From Eledone cirrhosa (lineage: Eukaryota): a stretch of 64,000 nt of DNA. The number at the start of each line of letters is the position of its first letter. Position 1 is the stretch's first letter. The position numbers were made by a program, and so were the translations under genes. The notes below the pieces were generated by a model. That model searched no databases. It saw only the letters and a program-made list of their open reading frames with translations, and was not told the origin of the DNA. Shown piece after piece: positions 28,768 through 40,954 of this stretch. The stretch spans positions 18,228,001 to 18,292,000 of the forward strand of contig OZ024749.1 in the NCBI GenBank assembly GCA_964016885.1, written 5' to 3'.

Positions 28768-28808
28768 GTCATAGTTCTTTCGTCACACTCTGTGACCTCT
28801 TCAGTGAC
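28768..28808 (-). ncRNA. Minimal type I hammerhead ribozyme (family A)
   Basis: gtca CTGAAGA g gtcaca gag tgtgac GAAA gaac TA tgac. Confidence 0.85.
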
Positions 28809-29007
28809 TGGGGATTCCTTTCTTTGTTTCTGTGCCTCTCCTTTGTTCTGTCCTACGCCATTTTGTTTCCGTGTGTGTTGTGTGCTCAGTCTGCGCATGC
28901 GCCACATCCGGGTGTCTGTGTGTGTTTATGTTCATTTATTTATTTGTTTATTTACATGTTACTGGTTGGTTGTTTGTTCTATGTGTGTGTGTGTTTTCAT
29001 TTTGTCC

Positions 29008-30969
29008 TTAATTGTAAGTTGTGATGTTGCTGTTCCACTCATATTTTCTATTTAATTTTGGTTGTAATTCTTTTATGTTTATTGCCTCTGTGATTTGTCT
29101 AAACATTGCGTCTTTTCTGTGTGTAGATTCTATTTTTATTTCTATGTTCTCTAATTTACCCTTGTGTTCTATTTTAGCATGTTGGTAGAGTACAGATGAT
29201 TCTTTACTATCTTGAAGGTCTCGCCAGTGTTCATTTATCCGTTCCCCTACACTACGAGCTGTCTCACCTATGTACACTATATTTTTGTCTCTACATTGTC
29301 CTTCAGTACATCTTATGCTATACACTACATTTCTAGTTTTACAGTTAATATGGGGGCTTATTTTACAGGTTATACATTTCTTATCTATACATGAGGGTCT
29401 TTGAAAAGGGTATGTCTTGCTAATAAGTGTTTTTACGGGGGTACCTGGTCTTTCTACTATCTTAATATTGAGTTTATGTTTATCTAGGGCCCTTCTAAAT
29501 TTGTAAGCTAATTCACCTCTAGGGGTTGTATCGATGAACATTACACTCTGGTATTTATTGCTATCATACCATGAGTTTATTCTATTAGCCTTGTTCCTAG
29601 TTCTTTCTATTCTATTCCAAAATTTGCTCCTATACAAGGGGCAGGTCCCATTTATGTCATTATTTACCATTTTTTCCCATTTGGTTCTGGCTCCTCTATA
29701 CACTCTGATTTTATCTCCCTGATTGTAGCCAGAGAACTGCATACGGTGGATGAAGTGTTGTATGTGTCTCTCTAGTTCTTCGGGGTTGCACATGCGGGAC
29801 ACGTTTCTCATCACCCGTACCAAATCCGCAATCAGTATGTTGATTTTGGTATGGTCCGAAACGGCCGAGTTTCGGTGGATCAGATGTTTGGAAGTCATGG
29901 GTTTGGCATAATGGGAATGGAGGATTTGTTTTATGTTATTAATGGTATCTAACCAGAGCTCTGTGTCTAGTACAGGTAATCGATGGTTGGGGTGTTTACT
30001 TGGGTAGTCTATAGTAACTCTAATGCTCTGGTGGATGGAGTTAGCTATTTGCTGGATGCTTTCCATTGTGTTTTTCTCTAGTTCCTGACTGTTCTCTAGT
30101 GGGGGTGTCTTAACTACGATATTTATATCATCAACGTAGCGGGAGTACATTATCAGGGTTAAGGGGTCTTCTAATTGTTCTTTAAGTCTACTGTCCCACC
30201 ATACCATGAATAAGTTAGCTATGTCGCCTGCAATGCTAACACCAATGGCTGCTCCTTCCTCTTGGGCATATGTTTTTCCATTAAATTTGAACATATGTTC
30301 CTTAAGGGTTAGTTTTATGCTGGCCCCTACCGCATGTGCAATAATTTTCTTCAGTTCATCGTGGTTTTCGGGTGTCCGTATGGCTCTGGTCCACCCGTTC
30401 CATCTATCTGTGTGGGTTTTCTTGGCCATTGAGGTAATGGTAGGTGGTCTGCCTCTTGCTGGTCTTGTAGGGCACAGGTTGCTAAGGTCATATGTGTCTA
30501 GGTAATTATTACTATAGGTAAGTTTAAGTAGGAGTCCCAGCTCACTGGTATCAATCCCACGGAACTCAACATTGCGCTCACTGATCATTTCTACGAATTT
30601 CTCCACAGCAAAATCCACGTCAATGGATGGATACAGGGACACAACATCCATACTACCTATTATGCAGTTTGCTAGGTCCCTAGATCGGTTACTCTCGCCG
30701 ATTCTACTGAGGAGGTCCTCCGTGCTGTCACATACATCTGGGGACATTTCAATGATGGGGCGTATGATCAGGGAGAGGAAGTAGGACAGTCTGTAGTTAC
30801 TAGCAATGTTAGCTCCACAGACTGGCCGTGTTGGTGGTCCCGCGACAGGGTCACTGCCCGTTTTATGGTCTTTTCGAAGCCCATACAACGCCGGCACGTC
30901 ATTGTTCCAGGCCTGGAAGTTGTTGGCAGTCCTTTTGTTGGGCTGCATTATATTCGTCCACATCACCAT
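29008..30969 (-). CDS. PLE RT + GIY-YIG endonuclease (family A), 653 aa open segment, N-terminally truncated
   Basis: LYGLRKDHK, TRPV, SMDVVSLYPS, GAAIG, RYVDD, LPVLD, C..C..C, VVYSIRC..YIGETAR, EAINI..PKLN. Confidence 0.9.
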   Translation of the reverse strand: MVMWTNIMQPNKRTANNFQAWNNDVPALYGLRKDHKTGSDPVAGPPTRPVCGANIASNYRLSYFLSLIIRPIIEMSPDVCDSTEDLLSRIGESNRSRDLANCIIGSMDVVSLYPSIDVDFAVEKFVEMISERNVEFRGIDTSELGLLLKLTYSNNYLDTYDLSNLCPTRPARGRPPTITSMAKKTHTDRWNGWTRAIRTPENHDELKKIIAHAVGASIKLTLKEHMFKFNGKTYAQEEGAAIGVSIAGDIANLFMVWWDSRLKEQLEDPLTLIMYSRYVDDINIVVKTPPLENSQELEKNTMESIQQIANSIHQSIRVTIDYPSKHPNHRLPVLDTELWLDTINNIKQILHSHYAKPMTSKHLIHRNSAVSDHTKINILIADLVRVMRNVSRMCNPEELERHIQHFIHRMQFSGYNQGDKIRVYRGARTKWEKMVNNDINGTCPLYRSKFWNRIERTRNKANRINSWYDSNKYQSVMFIDTTPRGELAYKFRRALDKHKLNIKIVERPGTPVKTLISKTYPFQRPSCIDKKCITCKISPHINCKTRNVVYSIRCTEGQCRDKNIVYIGETARSVGERINEHWRDLQDSKESSVLYQHAKIEHKGKLENIEIKIESTHRKDAMFRQITEAINIKELQPKLNRKYEWNSNITTYN

Positions 30970-31414
30970 ATGGGCATTGAGGGCTTTTTCTCTACCCTCG
31001 TGCTACTGTGGTGTTACCTCTCTTGTGTTAGTGATGTGGGGTTGCATTGCCTGGATGTGGTTTGGCAGGCTGTCAACCGACATTCTGCCAGACTTGTCTG
31101 TTGGAAAGCATGCTATCTCTCCATTACGCGAGCGCTGCATGAGCTTAGGCAAGCCATTTGCAGAATTAAATAGAAAATATGAGTGGAACAGCAACATCAC
31201 AACTTACAATTAAGGACAAAATGAAAACACACACACACATAGAACAAACAACCAATCAGTAACATGTGAATAAACAAATAAATTAATTAACATAAACACA
31301 CACAGACACCCGGATGTGGCCCATGCGCAGACTGAGAACACAACACACACACAGAAACAAAATGGCGTAGGACAGACCAAAGGAGAGGCACAGAAACAAA
31401 GAAAGGAATCCCCA

Positions 31415-31457
31415 GTCACTGAAGAGGTCACAGAGTGTGTGACGAAATAACTATGAC
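31415..31457 (+). ncRNA. Minimal type I hammerhead ribozyme (family A, 5' pLTR)
   Basis: gtca CTGAAGA g gtcaca gagtg tgtgac GAAA taac TA tgac. Confidence 0.85.
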
Positions 31458-31714
31458 AATATATAAACAACTATCTGGTTGTGGAACCAACCAACCAACC
31501 AGAAATTTATAAATTTATAAATTTATTATAAATTTATTATAATAAATTGAAGTGAAAGCAACTGGTGCGTGTGTTTCTTATTGGTAACATGACCCTCCCA
31601 AAGTATAACAATATCGATTTCAACACACGATTTTAGATAAAGAATCTTGCTAAACAAATTCAGAAACGAAATATCGTAAGCCTTAGCCAGGCTAACAAGA
31701 TACTGAAAACCACC

Positions 31715-34700
31715 ATGTTCTGTTGTCTACGAAAACCCATAACATCTCGACAACTACACTTCAGAAAAGAATGTGCCTCGTGCCGAGTTTACACCAACAC
31801 CATCAACACCGACGTAAGAAGATTACAACTCACCAAAAAACAAGCAGATAGGCTAAAACGAACACTAATTCTAAACATAAAAAAGAAGATCTATTGAGAA
31901 CTAAGTCATCAAGAAAAACATACAAGAAATAGCTAGGATCACTACACCAAGAGAGAAACTAATATTTATAAGCCTTATACGTCCCGAAGAACAGTACATT
32001 ACTCAAGAATGTGATAAGCACTTTAACAAGAAACTAAAGTGGCTTAAGCAGATAAAGCTAAATCAGGATACTGTAGAGAATACCAATAGATATCCCGACA
32101 AAATTGACGGTATAAATATTGCCGACACCTCATTAACAGATGAGTTCAACAACAACAACAACACAAATATATACGGCAACACAGTAATAGATGACGATGA
32201 GTTATCTATATTACGTCTACCCCCGAAATTTGCGACATTCAAGAAGGTAAATATGATTAGTTGTCTGTCAGAAATAGAAAAATCATTTACAAAACTACGC
32301 TGGAGCCTCAAAAACAAAAACAAAAACAAAAGCAACAATATACGCACACACATATACAACACACATCCCAACAACAACAGACACACAGACACAAACAACA
32401 ATAACAACAACACACACACCAACAACAACACACACACCAACAACAACAACAATAATAACATACCCAGAAACAACAGACACGCAGACACAAACAACAATAA
32501 CAACACACACAACAATAATAACATACACGGAGACAACAACAACACATATCAACAACAGCACACATCAACAACAACAACACACACACATTCAATGCCTCTC
32601 ACCACCACCACAATCTTAACAAACACACAGACACAGAAAACAAGTAATGACAGTAGCACAGAAATCACAGAAGTAAGGGAAAGTAATAGGATTAAAAGGA
32701 GAAGGGAGACTAAGGACAAAGAAAATAACCAAGACGAACACACAGACACACAAAATAGGGTAGATAACAACAATGAGCCAGTGGAAAGAGACAGGAGTAA
32801 TTATGAGAGACATAGAAACAACCATGAGGCTGTTGGTGGAAATAGAAATAGAAACAACACAACTAACAATAACAATAGCACTAGTACACATAAAGCAGCA
32901 GCCTGGAACTCTACTTTTTATAATCCCTCCGATAAATCGTTCGACCTGCGACGAGTCCACGCCACGACTTTACCATTTAACAAACGCACGCAATTGCCGG
33001 CGCAGGTCGATGAACAAACAGAAGCACAATTTAGTATAGCTAGATCCGAACTTAGAAATATTATAGAACAGTATAGCAAAAAGCAAAAAGCATAATAGAA
33101 TGAAGGCCCAGCAACTGGGAGAAAAATCTGCAAATGGCTTGCGTAAGCTCATGCAGCGCTCGCGTAATGGAGAGATAGCATGCTTTCCAACAGACAAGTC
33201 TGGCAGAATGTCGGTTGACAGCCTGCCAAACCACATCCAGGCAATGCAACCCCACATCACTAACACAAGAGAGGTAACACCACAGTAGCACGAGGATAGA
33301 GAAAAAGCCCTCAATGCCCATATGGTGATGTGGACGAATATAATGCAGCCCAGCAAAAGGACTGCCAACAACTTCCAGGCCTGGAACAATGACGTGCCGG
33401 CGTTGTATGGGCTTCGAAATGACCATAAAACGGGCAGTGACCCTGTCGCGGGACCACCAACACGGCCAGTCTGTGGAGCTAATAACTACAGACTGTCCTA
33501 CTTCCTCTCCCTGATCATACGCCCCATCATTGAAATGTCCCCAGATGTATGTGACAGCACGGAGGACCTCCTCAGTAGAATCGGCGAGAGTAACCGATCT
33601 AGGGACCTAGCAAACTGCATAATAGGTAGTATGGATGTTGTGTCCCTGTATCCATCTATTGACGTGGATTTTGCTGTGGAGAAATGCGTAGAAATGATCA
33701 GTGAGCGCAATGTTGAGTTCCGTGGGATTGATACCAGTGAGCTGGGACTCCTACTTAAACTTACCTATACTAATAATTACCTAGACACATATGACCTTAG
33801 CAACCTGTGCCCTACAAGACCAGCAAGAGGCAGACCACCTACCATTACCTCAATGGCCAAGAAAACCCACACAGATAGATGAAACGGGTGGACCAGAGCC
33901 ATACGGACACCCGAAAACCACGATGAACTGAAGAAAATGATTGCACATGCGGTAGGGGCCAGCATAAAACTAACCCTTAAGGAACATATGTTCAAATTTA
34001 ATGGAAAAACATATGCCCAAGAGGAAGGAGCAGCCATTGGTGTTAGCATTGCAGGCGACATAGCTAACTTATTCATGGTATGGTGGGACAGTAGACTTAA
34101 ACTTAAACTTAAAGAACAATTAGAAGACCCCTTAACCCTGATAATGTACTCCCGCTACGTTGATGATATAAACATCGTAGTTAAGACACCCCCACTAGAG
34201 AACAGTCAGGAACTAGAGAAAAACACAATGGAAAGCATCCAGCAAATAGCTAACTCCATCCACCAGAGCATTAGAGTTACTATAGACTACCCAAGTAAAC
34301 ACCCCAACCATCGATTACCTGTACTAGACACAGAGCTCTGGTTAGATACCATTAATAACATAAAACAAATCCTCCATTCCCATTATGCCAAACCCATGAC
34401 TTCCAAACATCTGATCCACCGAAACTCGGCCGTTTCGGACCATACCAAAATCAACATACTGATTGCAGATTTGGTACGGGTGATGAGAAACGTGTCCCGC
34501 ATGTGCAACCCCGAAGAACTAGAGAGACACATACAACACTTCATCCACCGTATGCAGTTCTCTGGCTACAATCAGAGAGATAAAATCAGAGTGTATAGAG
34601 GAGCCAGAACCAAATGGGAAAAAATGGTAAATAATGACATAAATGGGACCTGCCCCTTGTATAGGAGCAAATTTTGGAATAGAATAGAAAGAACTAGGAA

Positions 34701-35286
34701 CAAGGCTAATAGAATAAACTCATGGTATGATAGCAATAAATACCAGAGTGTAATGTTCATCGATACAACCCCTAGAGGTGAATTAGCTTACAAATTTAGA
34801 AGGGCCCTAGATAAACATAAACTCAATATTAAGATAGTAGAAAGACCAGGTACCCCCGTAAAAACACTTATTAGCAAGACATACCCTTTTCAAAGACCCT
34901 CATGTATAGATAAGAAATGTATAACCTGTAAAATAAGCCCCCATATTAACTGTAAAACTAGAAATGTAGTGTATAGCATAAGATGTACTGAAGGACAACG
35001 TAGAGACAAAAATATAGTGTACATAGGTGAGACAGCTCGTAGTGTAGGGGAACGGATAAATGAACACTGGCGAGACCTTCAAGATAGTAAAGAATCATCT
35101 GTACTCTACCAACATGCTAAAATAGAACACAAGGGTAAATTAGAGAACATAGAAATATAAATAGAATCTACACACAGAAAAGACGCAATGTTTAGACAAA
35201 TCACAGAAGCAATAAACATAAAAGAATTACAACCAAAATTAAATAGAAAATATGAGTGGAACAGCAACATCACAACTTACAATTAA
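31715..35286 (+). pseudogene. Family A polyprotein (N-terminus, Asn/Thr/His low-complexity insert, RT, EN), disrupted
   Basis: Stops at 31895, 33093, 33286, 33880 and 35158, frameshift near 33095, PTDKSG motif. Otherwise matches the 653 aa ORF. Confidence 0.92.
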
Positions 35287-35486
35287 GGACAAAATGAAAA
35301 CACACACACACATAGAACAAACAACCAACCAGTAACATGTAAATAAACAAATAAATAAATGAACATAAACACACACAGACACCCGGATGTGGCGCATGCG
35401 CAGACTGAGCACACAACACACACACAGAAACAAAATGGCGTAGGACAGAACAAAGGAGAGGCACAGAAACAAAGAAGGAATCCCCA

Positions 35487-35529
35487 GTCACTGAAGAGGT
35501 CACAGAGTGTGTGACGAAAGAACTATGAC
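35487..35529 (+). ncRNA. Minimal type I hammerhead ribozyme (family A, 3' pLTR)
   Basis: gtca CTGAAGA g gtcaca..tgtgac GAAA gaac TA tgac. Confidence 0.87.
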
Positions 35530-35736
35530 AATACATAAACAACTATCTGGTTGTGGAACCAACCAACCAACCAGAAATTTATAAATTTATAAATTTATTA
35601 TAAATTTATTATAATAAATTGAAGTGAAAGCAACTGGTGCGTGTGTTTCTTATTGGCAACATGACCCTCCCAAAGTATAACAATATATATATATATATAT
35701 AAATATATGTAGGAGGTGAGTTTTATTGTAGTACAA

Positions 35737-35796
35737 TTATCTGATGAAAACACAAATATTGCATGATGATATTTGTTTTTGAAATGCGCATAATAA
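35737..35796 (+). ncRNA. Type I hammerhead ribozyme (family B)
   Basis: ttat CTGATGA ... GAAA tgcgca TA ataa. Confidence 0.83.
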
Positions 35797-36010
35797 AATA
35801 CATGGAACTCTTTTAACCATCTTTTGTTCTTATATATTATGTATACTCCAGTCCCCCAAACTGTAGAGTGCTTCTTATCCGATATCTGCATTGCTTTATT
35901 GTACTACAATAAAACTCACCTTCTACATTAACTTGCTCCTTAACGGTTGAGCGCTTACTCTCATATTGGATACCTTTTGATGGTATTTTACTTCTTTCTT
36001 CTTCTACAAC

Positions 36011-38414
36011 ATGGATTATTACAACATAACCAATTCAACTAAAGACATTCCTATACCTGGTAAATCTGAATTTACCAAACTTCTTATTGAAAAAACTGAC
36101 TCCTTCGTAAGAAGACTTAGATGGACAGCCTATTTCTATGACCAGCGCCTAAAAGGGAACTTCTATACCAAGGAGCATAACTTCCTCGATCATCTATTTA
36201 ATTCTAGAAGAAATCCTCCTTCCAACAAAGATCTAGTGCAGTTCGAGGAAGAGTTAACTAAAATTATAAAAAATCTTAAATTCAAGAGATACCCTTACAA
36301 AGGACAAGAGCACCTTGTAAATCTCAAGAACACAATTTCAAACCTAAATTCCTCAAAAAATGTTTTAGTCCACTCTGACAAAACCAATAACTTATATGGT
36401 ATTTCCAAGGATAATTATAACAACCTTATCCTAAAGGAACTTAGGAAAAAATATCGTAAAACCAACCATGATAATTTAGAATACATAAACTTTGAAGCCT
36501 CTGAGATTATGTCAAAACTTGGCATTGAAAAAAAGACCGAACCATTCCTCACAAGAACTCCGAGGATAAATCTCAAGGATCACAAAATCAACTTTCGCAC
36601 TGAACTACCTGTTAGATTAATCGCCCCCTCTAAATCAGATCTGGGGGTTGTTAGTAAAGCCATCTTGGATAGAATTATCCCACAGGTTCGTTCTAACTGC
36701 TCTTCTTAGAACCTAAATTTATGGTTTGGTACTTCTGAAGTAATTAGCTGGTTCAACAAATTGAATAATAAAAACAAACTAAAATTTGTTCAATTTGATA
36801 TTGCCAGCTACAATTTGATATTGCCAGCTACTTCACTTCTCAATAATGCTCTATCTTTTGCACTTAAATATTCTGACATCACCACAGATGAACTTCACAT
36901 CATTCTCACCGCACGTAAAACCATCCTAGAGTTCAACAACGAATAATGGACCAGAGCCGATACCTCTAACAACTTCGACATCACAATGGGAGCTTCCGAT
37001 TCATCCCAATTGACAGATTTAATTGGTATCTTTATTTTGAACTCTTTGAGTCAGAAAATTCCTCAACTTCGCGGTGGAATTCATCGTGACGATGAACTCT
37101 TTACTATCTTAAATTGCAACATAGTTAACCTTAATATTATTAAGAACAATATACGTAATCTCTTTAACCAACATAACTTAAAAATTGAATTTGATAACAG
37201 CATCAAACTAGCTAATTTCTTGGATGTATCTCTTAATCTTGACACTGGCCTATATTACCCATACCATAAAAACAATGAGAACCTAAATTATGTTAACTTT
37301 AAATCTAACCATCCTACTAATATCAAGAATGCTATAGTTAGTAATATTGGAAAAAGAATATCTAACCTATCTTCTAATAAAAAATATCTTTGATGCTAAC
37401 GCCAATTACTATAATAACGCGCTTTCTAAAGCCGGCTATCCTGATAAAATCAAATATAGTAAAGAAACAAATTCTAGAAGAACTTACAGTAGAATAATTA
37501 ATCATGATCATTCCAATAAATTTAATAAAAGACCTAGATACAAAAACATAATCTGGTATAATGCTCCTTTCTCCATCTCTATTAATAACAATATTCCTAA
37601 ATTATTCTTTAGTGACTTAAATAAATGCTTCCCTCCCTCACATATCTATAGTAAAATATTTAACAAACACACTATAAAATTTTCCTATTCTACATCCTCC
37701 AACATTTCCAACATTATCTCTAAACACAACAATAAAATACTAAATACTAAATCTCTTCCTTCCAACACCGAATATCATAATAATAGTAATAGTACTCCCG
37801 ACGTCATTGTAAACCCTAGGCTAATTTCTGCAAACCCAAATACAACGTCAAACACAACTTCGCTAAATGTTCTTAATCCCATTCTAAATCAAGAAACTAT
37901 TATTCCTATCGCAAATAACTTCTCCAATCCAATTCCTTCTATAGATAACACTAGGTCACTCGTTAATAATCTCTCTAATCGCAATTGCAATTGCCCTGTT
38001 AAAAATAAATGTCCTCTCAACAACCATTGTCTTGATAAAAACTTAATTTACGAATGTAAAGTTATAACTGACACCAATTCCTTCACCTATTTTGGCTCCA
38101 CTTCTACCTCTTTTAAAGCTCGTCTTTATAACTATCATTCGTCTTTTAAATACAAACTTAAAAGAACCAACACGGCTCTCTCAGAACTCATATGGTCCTT
38201 GAAAGACAAAAATATTAAATATAGCATTATTTGGAAGAAGGTTTCTTCTGCGTCTCTATACTTGAACAGTTCTCTATCCAAAATTTGCAATCTCTGTCTA
38301 AATGAAAAATTTACCATTATATCTAATTTAGACTCTATAATAAATAGACGCACTGACTTGTTTTCTCTCTGCTTGCATAAATTCCACAAAACATTCCACA
38401 AAGTATACAGCTAA
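36011..38414 (+). pseudogene. Family B RT-EN polyprotein, disrupted
   Basis: Same protein as 18718-21108, with stops at 36707 and 36944, a frameshift near 37380, and YRDDG changed to HRDDE. Confidence 0.93.
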
Positions 38415-39365
38415 TATCCAAATCTTTATCAATTTAGAATCTTTTTCTCAAAGGCACATATATATATATACACTTCTTTAAAAATATACCCATCTTTCTA
38501 CCTTTTTCAAAGGTTATTATACATTCTATAATACTTGTTACTCATTCTATATTGCTCCTATTTATCACTTCCCTTTCTTCTGCTTTTCTTTTAATATCTA
38601 ACCCCTAATCTGTACCTTTTCTCACTGTTGCCTAACATAGAATCAATTATTACATAATACAATACATTCTTACTCTATATCACCTTGTAAAAATCCTTCG
38701 TAAACATAAGCATTTTTTTGACGTTAGATTATTCATCCTCAATTCATTATTCTTTTCTCCCTTTCATCTAACTCATTCATGCTCATCTCACAATATATCC
38801 TTACTTAAATTACCTGTTGTTATTTTTAATAATACATATCAACATTTTCTTTCCATCGCACATATTATTAAACCCTTAAATATCATTCTTAATACATATT
38901 AATTTTTTTTCCATCGCACATGTTATTAAATCCTTAAATATTATTCTTAATACATATTAACATTTTCTTTTCATCGCACATATTATTAAACCCCTCAATA
39001 TACAAACCTTAACTTTACATTATTTTTCTCTTCGTTATTTTTCTCTTCGTTAATTTTCAAATTCTTTTAATTTATACATTATCTTCCAACGGTTTTCAAC
39101 CTCTCTATGTGAAACAATATCTTTCTCAGTTATAAAAGCTATCTCTCTCTCTATCACCCATCTCTTCTCCTATCTCATCCTTCCTCATTATACTCCTCCC
39201 TCTCCACTTTTTACTCTCATCTCCTCCTCTTTTTCATCCTTTCCACCCCCCTCAAAATAAAATATTTTTCCCAATATCACACATCAATCTAAAACTACTT
39301 TTCATATGTTGATTTAAAACTGCACTATCCACAAGTGTTTTTAACCTTCATATCATGTCTTCCTG

Positions 39366-39432
39366 TTTTATCTGATTAAAACACAAATATTATTGCATGA
39401 TGATATTTGTTTTTGTAATGCGCATAATAAAA
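39366..39432 (+). ncRNA. Degenerate hammerhead (family B, 3' pLTR)
   Basis: Core mutated to CTGATTA and GTAA. Stems intact, probably inactive. Confidence 0.7.
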
Positions 39433-39484
39433 TACATGGAACTCTTTTAACCATCTTTTGTTCTTATATATTATATATAAATAT

Positions 39485-39515
<31 letters not shown>

Positions 39516-39554
39516 AATGTATTATATATATATATATATATATATATTTAAATA

Positions 39555-39611
<57 letters not shown>

Positions 39612-39615
<4 letters not shown>

Positions 39616-39831
39616 TAAAGGATCGATCGACTTTCGTCAAATCGGACCGAGGGAACAATGTTTCCGTTGGTCTTTCCAATTGCTAGTACTATCTATCGGT
39701 CGCAACTCCAGGTAGAAGGAGCAACGTGAAATAAAGTGTCTTGCTCAAGGACATAACGCATCGCCCGGTCCAGGAATCGAACTCACAATCTCAAGATTGT
39801 GAATCCAATTCTCTAACCACTCAGCCACACG

Positions 39832-39833
<2 letters not shown>
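39612..39833 (-). mobile_element. tRNA-derived SINE with CORE-like domain (resembles octopus SINEs)
   Basis: Minus strand: ggcgtgTGGCTGAGTGGttag (A box) ... GAGTTCGATTCC (B box), then tgtccttgagcaagacacttt (CORE-like). Confidence 0.85.
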
Positions 39834-39926
<93 letters not shown>

Positions 39927-40211
39927 CAAATAACGAAACGAAATTAAATTTCGTTTCGCTTCTCACTCACTTTTGTATGACTGACGCTTAAACAATTAAG
40001 TTAAAGTGTACATCTACATATGTATACGGAAGTATTAGTATGCATATAAATACACACATGTATACATATGTACATGTACTCAGCTTTTCACTAGACACTT
40101 TACAGTGAGTGTCAGCTAGTCTGTATGTAACCACACAGGCGGACCGGGCTTTAGAGTCATACGAGTTTTCAAGGAAACACATTTCCTCAATTCTCCAGAG
40201 GGCCAGGCAGG

Positions 40212-40256
40212 AATATTGGACTAGTTTCGATGTTATTACATCTCATCAGCAATATT
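40212..40256 (-). ncRNA. Type I hammerhead ribozyme (family E)
   Basis: Reverse complement of 40574-40618. Confidence 0.92.
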
Positions 40257-40573
40257 TACCCATCTTCCGGCTTCTCTGGAGAATTGTAAAAGCACATATT
40301 GTTATATGCTTTTTCTATGAAAATTAGTAGTGGGTAGACTAATTTGCATAGAACGTGAGTCATTGTACGCACCGGTTCAGCGGAAACGATAAAAACAAAT
40401 AACGAAACGAAATTTAATTTCGTTTCGTTATTTGTTTTTATCGTTTCCGCTGAACCGGTGCGTACAATGACTGACGTTCTATGCAAATTAGTCTACCCAC
40501 TACTAATTTTCATAGAAAAAGCATATAACAATATGTGCTTTTACAATTCTCCAGAGAAGCCGGAAGATGGGTA

Positions 40574-40618
40574 AATATTGCTGATGAGATGTAATAACAT
40601 CGAAACTAGTCCAATATT
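40574..40618 (+). ncRNA. Type I hammerhead ribozyme (family E)
   Basis: aatattg CTGATGA gatgt aata acatc GAAA ctag TC caatatt. All stems perfect, GUC site. Confidence 0.93.
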
Positions 40619-40830
40619 CCTGTCTGGCCCTCTGGAGAATAGAGGAAATGTGTTTCCTTGAAAACTCGTATGACTCTAAAACCCGGTCCGCCTGTGTGGT
40701 TACATACAGACTAGCTGACACTCACTGTAAAGTGTCTAGTGAAAAGCTGAGTACATGTACATATGTATACATGTGTGTATTTATATGCATACTAATACTT
40801 CCGTATACATATGTAGATGTACACTTTAAC

Positions 40831-40888
<58 letters not shown>

Positions 40889-40903
40889 TTATTGTATAGC
40901 AGG

Positions 40904-40954
40904 AGCTTCTACATGACTAGTACTGTTTCATTCAGATGAAATCTTCAGGAAGCT
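40904..40954 (-). ncRNA. Type I hammerhead ribozyme (family D, 3' pLTR)
   Basis: agcttc CTGAAGA t ttca tc tgaa t GAAA cagtactagtcatg TA gaagct. Confidence 0.8.

Larger units (their letters stand above)
28552..35683 (+). mobile_element. PLE family A composite: full-length copy 31163-35683 (+) with direct pLTRs, preceded by an inverted 5'-truncated copy 28552-31162 (-)
   Basis: pLTRs at 31163-31672 and 35239-35683. The minus arm mirrors ~33125-35683. This is the classic Penelope inverted arrangement. Confidence 0.95.
35707..39470 (+). mobile_element. Near full-length PLE family B, second copy, with a ~30 bp inverted 5' segment
   Basis: 35708-35737 is an inverted copy of ~35899-35928. Direct pLTRs with HHRs. 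ORF pieces span 36011-38414. Confidence 0.95.
39921..40836. mobile_element. Non-coding retrozyme-like element family E: 469 bp unit folded into a palindrome centred at 40415
   Basis: 39921-39958 recurs at 40390-40427. 39994-40414 mirrors 40416-40836. One HHR in each arm. Confidence 0.85.

Noticed and set aside
39765-39833. Functional tRNA gene (also 57436-57507)
   Set aside because: No complete acceptor stem. The first continues into a CORE-like SINE body and the second has no cloverleaf.
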